DNA of 63,546 bases, the filler included, from Octopus bimaculoides (taxonomy: Eukaryota): NCBI RefSeq assembly GCF_001194135.2. It is 4 parts of 4 records of this genome, joined end to end, with 100 filler letters (N's around TTAATTAATTAA, not from the genome) between each part and the next. Parts side by side here need not be neighbours in the genome. Positions count along the whole stretch, not along the records: positions 1 to 29,162 come from NC_069004.1; 3 more parts are not named here. One strand, given 5' to 3'. The notes under the pieces are model-generated. The model was not told the origin of the DNA and made no database searches. It saw only the letters and a list, made by a program, of their open reading frames with translations. Made by a program: the position numbers and the translations under genes. Positions 1 to 10,282 of the stretch are shown piece by piece (position 1 is the first letter of the stretch; each line of letters opens with the position of its first letter).

Positions 1-806
1 TTAAAATGAAAAAAGCAAATAAAACGAAGGTATGGAGATTAAATACGCTTTACATCGCTTAATGAGCCAAAGGAGTAAATGTAAACAACTGAATACTTGT
101 CAGTGATTGGTTGAAATTATCGAAATAAGACAATTTTTTACATGAAATAAATTCGAATACAAAAATATTTTTCTGTTCTATAACACAAAATAGATAAGTA
201 TACGAAGTTTGAAAGTCTTTCGGTACCAAAAACACTACGTAAAACATTAATGAAAAATGTGGCCCCCGTTTTAAAAAAGATCCCATTTTTACAAATAAAT
301 ATTTGGGCTGAGAGCAGTGAAGTTATTATATGTCGGATATTTGAAGCTGGGTGAGAACAGTGAAGTTGTTGTTTCGTGAAAAATATTTATATTAATTATA
401 AAGGCAGAAAATAAAACATGCAAATGGTAAGAGAAAACGGGATGTTATAAAGCTCATGTTTCATAACATAAGTGAAATGAAAATAAAATCGGTGTTATCT
501 GATAATCGAAATCGAATCGATGACGCTGTTATTAAGCAGGAATTTGACTTTGATTCTTACTTAACAGCGTTTGGCACTAGATAACACTGATCGCTTACAT
601 TGTAGAGAAAGGGATACATTTGATTGAATCTATCAGTAGTAAATGCCTAGTGATTATTTTATCGAATTGGGAGATAATAAAGTCAAATACGACTCGAGAG
701 GGATTCAAACTCCGAAAGTAAAAGGAGGTAATTAGGAGTTATTAGAATGAAGAGAGTATCTATCCTTTAAGTCATTAAGAAAGGAATAATTATTGTATTA
801 TTGGTG

Positions 807-1000
807 AAGGCAGCGAGGTGGCAGAAACGTTAGCACGCCAGGCGAAATGCTTGGCCGTATTTCGTCTGTCTTTACGTTCTGAGTTCCATCCTATCAGGGT
901 CGATAAATTAAGTACCTGTTGCGTACTAGGGTCGATGTAATCGACTGGCCCCCATCCCCCAAAATTTCGCGCCTTGTGCGTAGAATAGAAAAGAATTATT
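807..1000 (+). mobile_element. SINE family A (tRNA-like head + conserved core), internally deleted copy
   Basis: ggcagcgaggtggcagaaacgttagcacgcc head, ggtcgataaattaagtacc core, tail-B end (gccttgtgcgtagaatagaaaagaattatt). Homologous to many other copies in the window. Confidence 0.85.
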
Positions 1001-1044
1001 ATTGTTGTTTTTAGATAGAATTAAGGGAGATTAAGCAGTCTTAC

Positions 1045-1332
1045 CGACTTAACAAGTGTTGCAGACGAATGACCATCATCAAATGTGTTGCAATCAACAC
1101 CGTTGGAGTTATTATAGTCGCTGAGCTGTGCACTGGGCTCTCTGTGTTTTTCTTTGGCTTCTGCCTCACTAACGCCGTATCTTTCGCCACTGTCGAACAC
1201 CGTACCTTTGTTTTCATAGACGAACATGGTCTCCGGCGTGTAGGGCGGCGCCGACAACCAGTTGCGTCTATATCCCATTTCTTCTGGATCTTCCGGGATA
1301 CAAAATTTCTGCCTGATGTGTCGCCTTGACCA
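1045..1332 (-). CDS. Transmembrane mucin, cytoplasmic-tail exon (WSRRHIRQKF...YENKG...DYNNS...TLVKS)
   Basis: Acceptor cttcaatgttccag|TGG at 1332 and donor TCG|GTAAGA at 1045. The exon is 288 nt, phase 0/0 and open. It starts with basic stop-transfer-like residues that follow the IIFMVCVL end of the 3625 exon in frame. Confidence 0.75.
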
Positions 1333-1569
1333 CTGGAACATTGAAGCAGGAACTCATTGGAAATTTATTGTTCTTTGTTTGTTTGCTTGTTTTTGTTTGT
1401 TGGATGATGGTTGGATGGTTGGAGAGAATTAGGTTATGGCAGACATGTTGAAAATGTCTGTGAGAGAAGGCAAGGCGTTGGAAAATATGAAGAGCAAGAA
1501 ACATGGCAAAACTGTAAATAGTGAGAGTTGACACGTGAGGGAGAGATAGAATGAGAGAAAGAGAGAGTG

Positions 1570-1601
<32 letters not shown>

Positions 1602-2303
1602 AAAGAGCGGTGGGATGAGCTAGAGATAGAAAAAGAGAATAGGAGAGATAAGTTACACCTTTATTAGTTACGTTGATAGACATATTGAAATATCTTAGAG
1701 AAGAGATGAAATCAATAAGACGATGTAAAGCAGGAGAGAGAGAACAAAAGGAAGAGAGAAGGATAGCGAGATAAGATGTGTGTATATGTATGAAAGAGGC
1801 AAGAGGGTTAATCCTTCGGGAGAAATAAAATGGCAAAGATGCGATATTCATTGGCTGCCATTTCCCGGTAAGCCTTTCGTTGAAAAACATAAACCAGAAA
1901 AATGATCGACTAATATATACAAGGTCACGTTTTAAATGAATATTGAGGAAATAAGAGAGATGGGGAACATGAGTAGAAGGCAGAAGTGGACTGAAAGGTG
2001 ATAAAGGGTAATGAGTTGGGTGAAATAATTGTCAAGAAAGGGTCAAAGAGGAAGTAAGGGAGCGAAGTAAATATTTTAAACAGTCACTGATTTTTCCGTT
2101 CTTATAACGAACCATAAAATTCATAATGTCTTGAAATTGCAAATTTTGAAACGTTAGAATGTTGAGGTGGTATGAAGTGCTACATAAGTAGGTTCTAACA
2201 CCCTATTATTATTCATAAGATTTGGAAATTGCCGAACTGCTGGTAGCACAGCTAATTCCCTTCGAATACTCATCCTAAAAAGGATTGTTAATACAACACT
2301 GGG

Positions 2304-2672
2304 CATGAAAAGAAAATGAAGAAAAATAACATGATTTTATTTAACAGATGCCGGCACAAACTAATACAATTCGAAAGTAAATATTTATCAATCCACTTAA
2401 TAGAAGAAAGGGACCCTATTGTTGGTACATCCAGAAATCCGGAATTTTCAGAAATTCGGGAATACTGTGCAATGTCGTACAATATACAGTATTTTGTACC
2501 GAGTAAAGAGACTCTGTTTTTGATGTTGGTTAATTTGTATACGGTATGTTAAAATTGGTTTTAATGTTTCTTCTACTAAGTGGATTGATAAATATTTACT
2601 TTAGAACTGTATTAGTTTGTGCAGGCATCTGTTAAATAAAATCATGTTATTTTTCTTCATTTTCTTTTCATG
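2304..2672. repeat. ~106-bp inverted repeat (arms 2304-2409 and 2567-2672)
   Basis: The left arm catgaaaagaaaatgaagaaaaataacatg...ccacttaatagaagaaa is the near-exact reverse complement of tttcttctactaagtgg...cattttcttttcatg. Confidence 0.9.
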
Positions 2673-2839
2673 TTATAAACATTATGCTGTTTGCATGGTA
2701 CATTATGATATATTTTAAGAATTATAAAAGGATTAATGAATGTCAAACAGATCCTGCTTCAGAAGTGTATTCATTTGAATCAGATTGATACAATTTTGTT
2801 CTTTACTTTTCATAGTTTATTTTATATCCTAAGTATATA

Positions 2840-2920
2840 TTTCGGTTCCAGAAAATCGGAAAGTCCAAAAATCCGGGCCATTTCCGGCCCTAAGGTTGTC
2901 AGATAGCTGGTCCGGTACTG
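2840..2920. mobile_element. Possible Tc1/pogo-type MITE end
   Basis: Ends ...ggtccggtactg|ta (CAGT terminus next to TA). The ccagaaaatcggaaa motif is also echoed at 2431-2460. The partner TIR was not clearly found. Confidence 0.3.
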
Positions 2921-3624
2921 TACTATATTTTAAAAATATGCTATAGGGTTTCACGAAATAAGTTGTAAAACTCCGATCAAAAGAGATTTCTTTTGGCTCT
3001 ATTTATTTATTTTTGTCAGAACTAAATCTGTAAGTGATGGTTGAGAGAGCGTAACGAACATAGAACACCTTCCGTGCCAGGTACGTGAGACAAGCACAAG
3101 TCTTCAGTTTTTCTAAGCTACGGTCAGAAGTGACGGTGAGTGACGTGTGAGAAACAACATCAACAAAATAAAAAATGATAATAGAAAAAGGACCCTTTTA
3201 ATTCCGGATGAAGGGATGGTTTAAAAGTACAAGAGACAGAACGATTTAAAAGTACGAAAGAGAGAGGAGGAGAGAGAGGGAGAGGGGGAGGGTTAAAAGG
3301 GGTTCTTTGTTGAGGTTTGTTAAGTGATCCTAATGTTGATAAGTCGCAAAATTTGTTGAATGAGTGATGAAATTAAACGAGGTGATTGGGTGAAAAACCA
3401 AGCAAGAGGAATGCAGGTGGGGCTGAACATTAATAAATATGTGGAACAAAAATGTGTTGGTAGTTGTGATGATAGTTGTGTAGTGGTGGTAGTGGTGGTG
3501 GTGGTGATAACAGCAGTTGTTGTAGAAGTGACGGTTGTGATGGTGGGTGGTAGTGAATGAACAAAGAGGATTATGGCAATTATAGTTATGATAGTTATTA
3601 TTGCTGATAATAATTTTTTCTTAC

Positions 3625-3649
3625 CAAAACGCAAACCATGAAGATTATG
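3625..3649 (-). CDS. Transmembrane mucin, 3' end of TM exon (...IIFMVCVL); the remainder lies in N-gap 3650-3935
   Basis: The 25 visible nt read C ATA ATC TTC ATG GTT TGC GTT TTG|GTAAGA. This hydrophobic stretch has a consensus phase-0 donor matching the 1332 acceptor. The far side of the gap reads as a T-rich tract (tagtcttatttt) on the minus strand. Confidence 0.6.
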
Positions 3650-4199
3650 NNNNNNNNNNNNNNNNNNNNNNNNNNNNNNNNNNNNNNNNNNNNNNNNNNN
3701 NNNNNNNNNNNNNNNNNNNNNNNNNNNNNNNNNNNNNNNNNNNNNNNNNNNNNNNNNNNNNNNNNNNNNNNNNNNNNNNNNNNNNNNNNNNNNNNNNNNN
3801 NNNNNNNNNNNNNNNNNNNNNNNNNNNNNNNNNNNNNNNNNNNNNNNNNNNNNNNNNNNNNNNNNNNNNNNNNNNNNNNNNNNNNNNNNNNNNNNNNNNN
3901 NNNNNNNNNNNNNNNNNNNNNNNNNNNNNNNNNNNAAAATAAGACTACTAAATAATCATAATAATAATTAATTCGTTTTATTGGCCACAAGGGCTAATAT
4001 CAATTAAAAACATATAAGGACAAAGACAGGACGAAGGTTACAAAAGGAAAGTTCGTCTAAACAGAGGAAGAAAACGGAGAAAGATATAATAAATAAATAG
4101 ATAAATAAATAGATAAATAAATAAGTAGAACTCCCAAAGGGGGAGGCGCTTCGAAAAAGGAAAGGTTACACGTGGAAAAACCCATAAAACCACGGGAGC

Positions 4200-4420
4200 C
4201 TGGTCTCTGATGCAGGCACTGGGTCTCATGGCTTCTGATTTTAACTGTTTGGAAGTGTTATCATGTATATGTTTTGTCTTGGTATAAAAGATGAGCTACA
4301 GGAAATATTCTGCTCAATACCACAGATTTACTTGTCAATTACTTGACCCTAACCAGTTGAGCATGTCCATTAGTGGCTGACGATATGTGCATCTCTGATC
4401 ACGAGCAGAAGTAGTGAGGG
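4200..4420. repeat. Dispersed repeat family E (reverse-complement copy at 26425-26705)
   Basis: ctcatggcttctgat...ataccacagattt...ccagttgagcatgtcc..tagtggctgacgatatgtgcatctctgatca matches the reverse complement of 26500-26690. Confidence 0.75.
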
Positions 4421-4794
4421 AACACACACACACACACATACACACACACATTTATATATGACAGAATATTCCGTCGAACATGGCGTATGAGTGTTCAGTT
4501 TCTTTACTGAATGACCTGTAGAAATGATTTGTTTATAGTGATCTAATGTATGTGCCATACATTACCTCACTCCCTCCGTCAAACTGACATTGCCTGTATG
4601 GGTGCACAAGTGTGCCACGCGTCAGATGTCGAAATGATCGCAGAGCGACCCGAAGTGGAGAGGGCTGTACAGAAATACATTCAAATAATACATCACAAGC
4701 ATTTAAATCGGTAGGGGGGGGGTTCTAAGGATGTGGGAAGTACTTAGTACAATCTTTTGGATTTCTTTGAGACATGGTTCTCTTGGGATGTTGT

Positions 4795-4887
4795 CTAGAT
4801 GTTTTGCTCAAGAACACAATGCGCCGCCGTCCAGGAATCGAACCAACGATCTAGCAACCGTGAGAGCAGCACCTTAACCACTAGGCC
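4795..4887 (-). mobile_element. tRNA-derived SINE family D, head fragment
   Basis: The reverse complement shows A-box-like ggcctagtggttaag and B-box ggttcgattcc followed by tgtgttcttgagcaaaac. Confidence 0.65.
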
Positions 4888-4896
4888 TTATATATA

Positions 4897-4927
<31 letters not shown>

Positions 4928-5554
4928 CTATTCTCTCTCTCTATATATATAGAGAGAGAGAGAGATAAATAGACAGACGGACAGACAGATAGAAAGATAT
5001 ATNNNNNNNNNNNNNNNNNNNNNNNNNNNNNNNNNNNNNNNNNNNNNNNNNNNNNNNNNNNNNNNNNNNNNNNNNNNNNNNNNNNNNNNNNNNNNNNNNN
5101 NNNNNNNNNNNNNNNNNNNNNNNNNNNNNNNNNNNNNNNNNNNNNNNNNNNNNNNNNNNNNNNNNNNNNNNNNNNNNNNNNNNNNNNNNNNNNNNNNNNN
5201 NNNNNNNNNNNNNNNNNNNNNNNNNNNNNNNNNNNNNNNNNNNNNNNNNNNNNNNNNNNNNNNNNNNNNNNNNNNNNNNNNNNNNNNNNNNNNNNNNNNN
5301 NNNNNNNNNNNNNNNNNNNNNNNNNNNNNNNNNNNNNNNNNNNNNNNNNNNNNNNNNNNNNNNNNNNNNNNNNNNNNNNNNNNNNNNNNNNNNNNNNNNN
5401 NNNNNNNNNNNNNNNNNNNNNNNNNNNNNNNNNNNNNNNNNNNNNNNNNNNNNNNNNNNNNNNNNNNNNNNNNNNNNNNNNNNNNNNNNNNNNNNNNNNN
5501 NNNNNNNNNNNNNNNNNNNNNNNNNNNNNNNNNNNNNNNNNNNNNNNNNNNNNA

Positions 5555-5587
<33 letters not shown>

Positions 5588-5666
5588 CGTTACTTATCCA
5601 AACATATAGTAGTACAGGAGAAATAAATGAAGTAGAAAATACACAGAGAATATATGCTTCACTTAC

Positions 5667-5827
5667 TTGAATGAAAGATGGAAGTTTTATTTATTTCAAA
5701 AAGACCCAAGTAAAAATTGTTCGGCTCCAACTGACTGTAAAAGAACTGGTTGATCATCGTGGAATTTATCTCGCTTCCCTTTGTAAGCACGAAAGAAGCT
5801 TCATAGTAGACCACCACGCTTCCTTGG
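5667..5827 (-). CDS. Transmembrane mucin, SEA domain C-terminal exon (SQGSVVVYYEASFVLTKGSEINSTM...NKTSIFHS)
   Basis: Acceptor ttctcattgtctattccag|C (phase 2) and donor TCA A|GTAAGT (phase 1); 161 nt. Contains the SEA hallmark GSVVV. Confidence 0.9.
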
Positions 5828-6063
5828 CTGGAATAGACAATGAGAACACTGTAATGTCTTGCGATTGGAAGGACTATATGTATATACATAGACAGGAACA
5901 CACGCATGCGCATGTGTGTGCGCGTGTGTGTGTGTGCGTGCGTGTATGTAACTATGCTAGGACACTGCCTTGGAGTGTTAATTTAAACAAATCGACCTCA
6001 ATACCTTCTTGGTAAAGCCTGGTACATACATACATGCATGCATGCATGCATACATACATATAT

Positions 6064-6403
6064 GGTAAAGACCCCTTTCGGTCATGAAAGACTATGGGAT
6101 TGCATCTAGAAAGCTACCCTCTGAGGCACAAGTCTGGGCAAGTTGGTGTATGGAAGACCAGCAGTTGCCCATGCATACCAACCTCCCCTCTCCATGCCAC
6201 CGATGTTATCCAAGGGAAAAGCAAAGGCCGATACAGCTTGGCACCAGTGACGTCGCAACTCATTTCTAGAGGCTGAGTGGACTGGAGCAACGTGAAATAA
6301 AATGTTTCGCTCAAGAACACAACACACGGCCCCGTCTGAGATCCAAACTCACTACTCATGATTGTGAGCCCGACGCTCTAACCACTGAGCCGTGCGCCTT
6401 CAC
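6064..6403 (-). mobile_element. tRNA-derived SINE family D, near full length
   Basis: The minus strand reads gtggttagagcgtcggg head, tgtgttcttgagcgaaacattttatttcacgttgctccagtccactcagc body, and ends catgaccgaaaggggtctttacc. A related copy is at 20880-21110. Confidence 0.7.
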
Positions 6404-6845
6404 CACATACATATATAATGCATATACATAAATACATGCATACACACACACACACACACACGACGTATTTCCACATAGTTTATGTCTAACAAATTCCCTC
6501 GCAAAACTTCGATCGTCCTGGTTCTCACCTAAGATACTGCGCAGTGGGACTGAACCCAACATACACACATGTATAGTTTCAATCAATTTTTATAAGCCAT
6601 TAAAGAAAATCAAGCACTCGCAGTGGAAGTGAACTCGAAAGCAATTTTATATATGTTTATTCTTGAAAAAAATGTTGCGTTCATGATCTTCGCAGGTATT
6701 CCGATATCGTGGCGATCAACGCAGCTAATATTTCTCTTGAACAGTCGTGAGTTGACGGTCGCCAGAAGGCATGCAACTCTCAAACGGTAAATCCCAAACT
6801 TCCAGTCAGAGATATTGAAGTCAATAGCTTTGATCATTTAAGTAT

Positions 6846-7190
6846 TATTAGATGCCTTCGTCAGGTCCTTGGTGTCTCGCTTCGCGAGCGAATCTCAAGA
6901 AACAACATCCGAGAACTATGCCAGCAGCAGCTGACCATTGAAGACCAAGTCCTGCAGAGCAAACTACAATGGTTTGGTCACGTCTGCAAGATGAGCACTG
7001 GAAGACTACCACACCAACGTTTGTGGTGGAAGCGACCCGCACACTAGAGAATCCAGCAGAGCGCACGAAAGAAGACATGGGCGAAACAAATTCAGGAAGA
7101 CCTGAAGTAGCAGCGCCTCGACTTAAAGCATGCTAAGGCCAGTGCCATGGATCGGAAAGAGTGGAATAACATCATCACCAGTATCCGTCA
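6846..7190 (+). mobile_element. RTE-clade LINE, decayed C-terminal fragment
   Basis: Reads RCLRQVLGVSLRERISRNNIRELCQQQLTIEDQVLQSKLQWFGHVCKMSTGRLPHQRLW...KKTWAKQIQEDLK* with in-frame stops. The L-x-W-F-G-H-V-x-x-M motif is typical of RTE ORF ends. Confidence 0.8.
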
Positions 7191-7415
7191 TCCAGCGGCA
7201 CATACAGCAAGGTATTTGGTTGAGAGGACAGCCTCCTCCTCTGGTGGCCAGCGATCGTTCACTTGGCTTCTACGTTAGAGCAAACTTTTAGAGCTATGAA
7301 TTTATGGATACAATTGGAAGAAAGGTGAGTTCAACCAAACTGATTTTCTCAATATACAATATTTGTGGAGAAGAGCTGTTAATGATGTCCAATAATACAA
7401 TGAGTTATGAGTTTC

Positions 7416-7458
<43 letters not shown>

Positions 7459-7515
7459 TAACAAACTCGTGCAGAATCACATTTTATTTTAAAAAAAACA
7501 CGTATGTTTCTTTAC

Positions 7516-7580
7516 CTGAATCTCATACCTCCTATACGTACAAACACTGCGAAGGGGTTCTTCTTCCAAAGATCCGAAAG
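7516..7580 (-). CDS. Transmembrane mucin, SEA domain middle exon (LSDLWKKNPFAVFVRIGGMRF-S)
   Basis: Acceptor gtatttcttgtttgtatgttgaatttctag|CTT (phase 0) and donor TTC AG|GTAAAG (phase 2); 65 nt. It joins both neighbouring exons in frame. It is too short to appear in the ORF track. Confidence 0.85.
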
Positions 7581-8247
7581 CTAGAAATTCAACATACAAA
7601 CAAGAAATACTTAAAAGGTTGTACTTTAAAACAGAATATTAGGGAATCCACCACCGCCCGTCCCGTGACCAAAATTTTGGCGACTATTCAGCTATAAACC
7701 CACCTGTTGACAATTATATTTTTTTGTAAAATTCCACGGGAAGTCTTCAGCTGGGAAAGATTAAGCAAAGCGCAAGAAAGCTTAAAGACCGAAAAAGTAA
7801 TTTAAAGTAAGTTGCCTTTCAATAATATGCTGTAGGGGTATTCAAATCATTACGAAGCACCTGGTTAATTAATGCATTGTAACATTTCCATCAATGTTGT
7901 AGTTTAGTGTGATTGCGTGCATAACCATGAATTTGTGGAATTAATGGATTCGTTAGTTTCTCTCAACAGAAGTGTATTCTGCCAAACCACCCCACCCCCT
8001 CATAGATTGGATTCTTATACATTTGCAGTTCGACCCCCTGCTACTAATATTCCCCATCGCTTGCTTTTGAGAAGACATTCTCATGCTTTGTTTATATACA
8101 GACATTTTACTCTGTGAACAGTTGTTAATGTATAGCTGAGCGCCGGTTGGCATATTTAGAGTAGCGAGCGAAAGAAAAAAGAAAATAGAAGTTTTAATGA
8201 AATGAAATGAAATTACATGTCATAAGAAGAAAAGTTACGAGCCTTAA

Positions 8248-8468
8248 CCCTTTTGTTAACATATTTCTTTTGAAATACACTAATTTTGTTTCAATTAATT
8301 TTAAAAGTGAAGAAGTTAGTGAAATATTTTTGTCATTATTAAGCTGGAGTTTGTGACAAAAAAGTAATATGAAATTTTGAAGAAAGGCTTTAAATTTAAG
8401 TCACTTTATAACGGGAAGTTTGTATCATAGGACCAGCGGCGGTCTGAGGCGGGTAGGTATCAAAAGGG
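8248..8468. mobile_element. piggyBac-type MITE
   Basis: TTAA at 8244-8247 and 8469-8472; terminal inverted repeats cccttttg...caaaaggg. Confidence 0.75.
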
Positions 8469-8518
8469 TTAATGACTATTCTCGGTAAGAGGGTAAGGAA
8501 AAGAAGCCTTAAATTTAA

Positions 8519-8890
8519 CCCTTTAGCGCTTAAACCGGTTATATATAGCCCAAATGTTCTACCTGTTTTCTGTTTAATAAGTACTAGTTGAGCACTGGGG
8601 TCGAGGTAGTCGGCTTAACCCCTGTCCCGATATTAGTGGCCCTGTACCAAAATTTGAAACCAATATTATGCCTATCAAAGGCCGCGAGCTGGCCGAATCG
8701 TTAACACGCCAGCAAAATCCGGCCTTTCGCGTTCACCCTGCAGTGTCTTTCAAAAAAATTGAGAACCTCATTATCGAAATCTCGAAGCTACGTGATAATG
8801 CATGAGTAATTCCAAACAATGTGAATAAATAAGTGTTACATTTGAATAAGCAAGCATTACATTTGGCAGAATAATCTAAGTGATGAAGGG
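8519..8890. mobile_element. Second piggyBac-type MITE with nested SINE-A sequence (~8580-8715)
   Basis: TTAA|ccctttagc...gaaggg|TTAA (8515-8518, 8891-8894). The interior is interrupted by a SINE-A 3' half followed by a SINE-A head. Confidence 0.65.
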
Positions 8891-9299
8891 TTAAATTGAA
8901 TAAAACTAAATTGGAGTGTGAGACTGATCTTTGCTAATGATCAATAGGTTTATGGTGACAACTTCGGATGTGTTTTGGTGTCATCAGACTGCACTTGACT
9001 GGTTCAATATGGCAGCCAACTCTCTTTCAAGATCGTCTTTAAAATGAGTTAACATGAACGAACGAAGGGATGGAATACTATGTCAATTTCCGAACTGCTT
9101 AACGTACCAATCAAATTTCTCAAGATAAACATCCTGCCATTTTGGAAAATAAGTAAGTTTTGGTTCTTTATATTTGAGTTAATATACTCCACAATGAAAA
9201 CAGGTTGACTAGACCCGAAGGTCATTTGTTCATTAACTACTTTCCTTTTACACAAGTAAAACTGAGACTGTTGCTATTTAATTCTTTCAACGATAGACA

Positions 9300-9480
9300 A
9301 AAGGCCTAAATTTTTTAGGGGAGGAGCTAATCAAATACATCGATCACCGTACTCAATCGGTACTTATTTTATCGACTCCGAAACGATGGAAGGCAAAGTC
9401 GACCTCAGCGACATTTGAACTCAGAGCGTAAAGCCGGAATGAAGCATTTTGTTCAGGGTGCAAACGACTCTGCCAGCCCA
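9300..9480 (-). mobile_element. SINE family A
   Basis: ggtacttattttatcgactccgaaacgatggaaggcaaagtcgacctc...atttgaactcagagcgtaa is the reverse of the family A core and head. Confidence 0.8.
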
Positions 9481-9654
9481 GGACCTCACCGCTGCAACTT
9501 AATGACAGCAATAATGGTGACAGCGGTGACAGCGGTGACAGCGGCAAAAGTTTAAAGTTCAGAATGTTGAGAATCTGTAATAACGTGAAAATGGATGATC
9601 TCGGTGGACTAAGATTATTTTAATAATTCATTCAATGTGATGGCATAATTTTGG

Positions 9655-9945
9655 TTTCAAATTTTGGCATAAGGCCAAACATTTGGGGGCAGCTGGTAAG
9701 TCAATGACACCGAACCTAGTGCTCAACTAGTACTTATTTCATCGACTCTGAAAGGATGAAAGGCAAAGATGACCTCGGCGGTATTTGAACTAAGAACGTA
9801 AAGACGGACAAAATGCCGGTGCTCAACTGGTACTTATTTTTTCGACCCCGAAAGAATAAAAGATAGGGTTGATCTTGGCATAAAGACGGACGAAATGCCG
9901 CTAAACATTTTGCCCGACGTACTAAAGATTCTGCGCGCTCGCCGT
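9655..9945 (-). mobile_element. SINE family A, two overlapping copies
   Basis: The core (tacttattt..cgac..gaaag.atgaaaggcaaag) occurs twice, at 9730 and 9830. Confidence 0.75.
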
Positions 9946-10282
9946 CTTGAGGGATATAATATTAATGAGACAAACAAGCAATATGACAAACATGGAGGCA
10001 GATAGAGAAATAGAGAGAGAAACAGACTGAATGGCAGGCAAAAAATTGAAAAAAAAAAATGGAAAAAAAAATAATAAAAGACTGGTAGATTAGAAACTGA
10101 TAGAGACGAAATTAATGGCAAGAGAAATTGATCTGTTGTCTGGTTGGCGGACAGAGACAAGACAGACAGACAGGCAAAGAGACAGTTAGGTAGATGGAGA
10201 TACAGACCAAGACAAAGAAACAGCAATGGCAGACTGGTAGGGAGACAGAGAAAGCTTAGGCGGATAAACAAAGATTACCAAC

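Noticed and set aside
1-1044. Terminal coding exon of the mucin
   Set aside because: No convincing phase-0 acceptor with a plausible C-terminus was found. It probably lies left of the window or cannot be recognised by eye.
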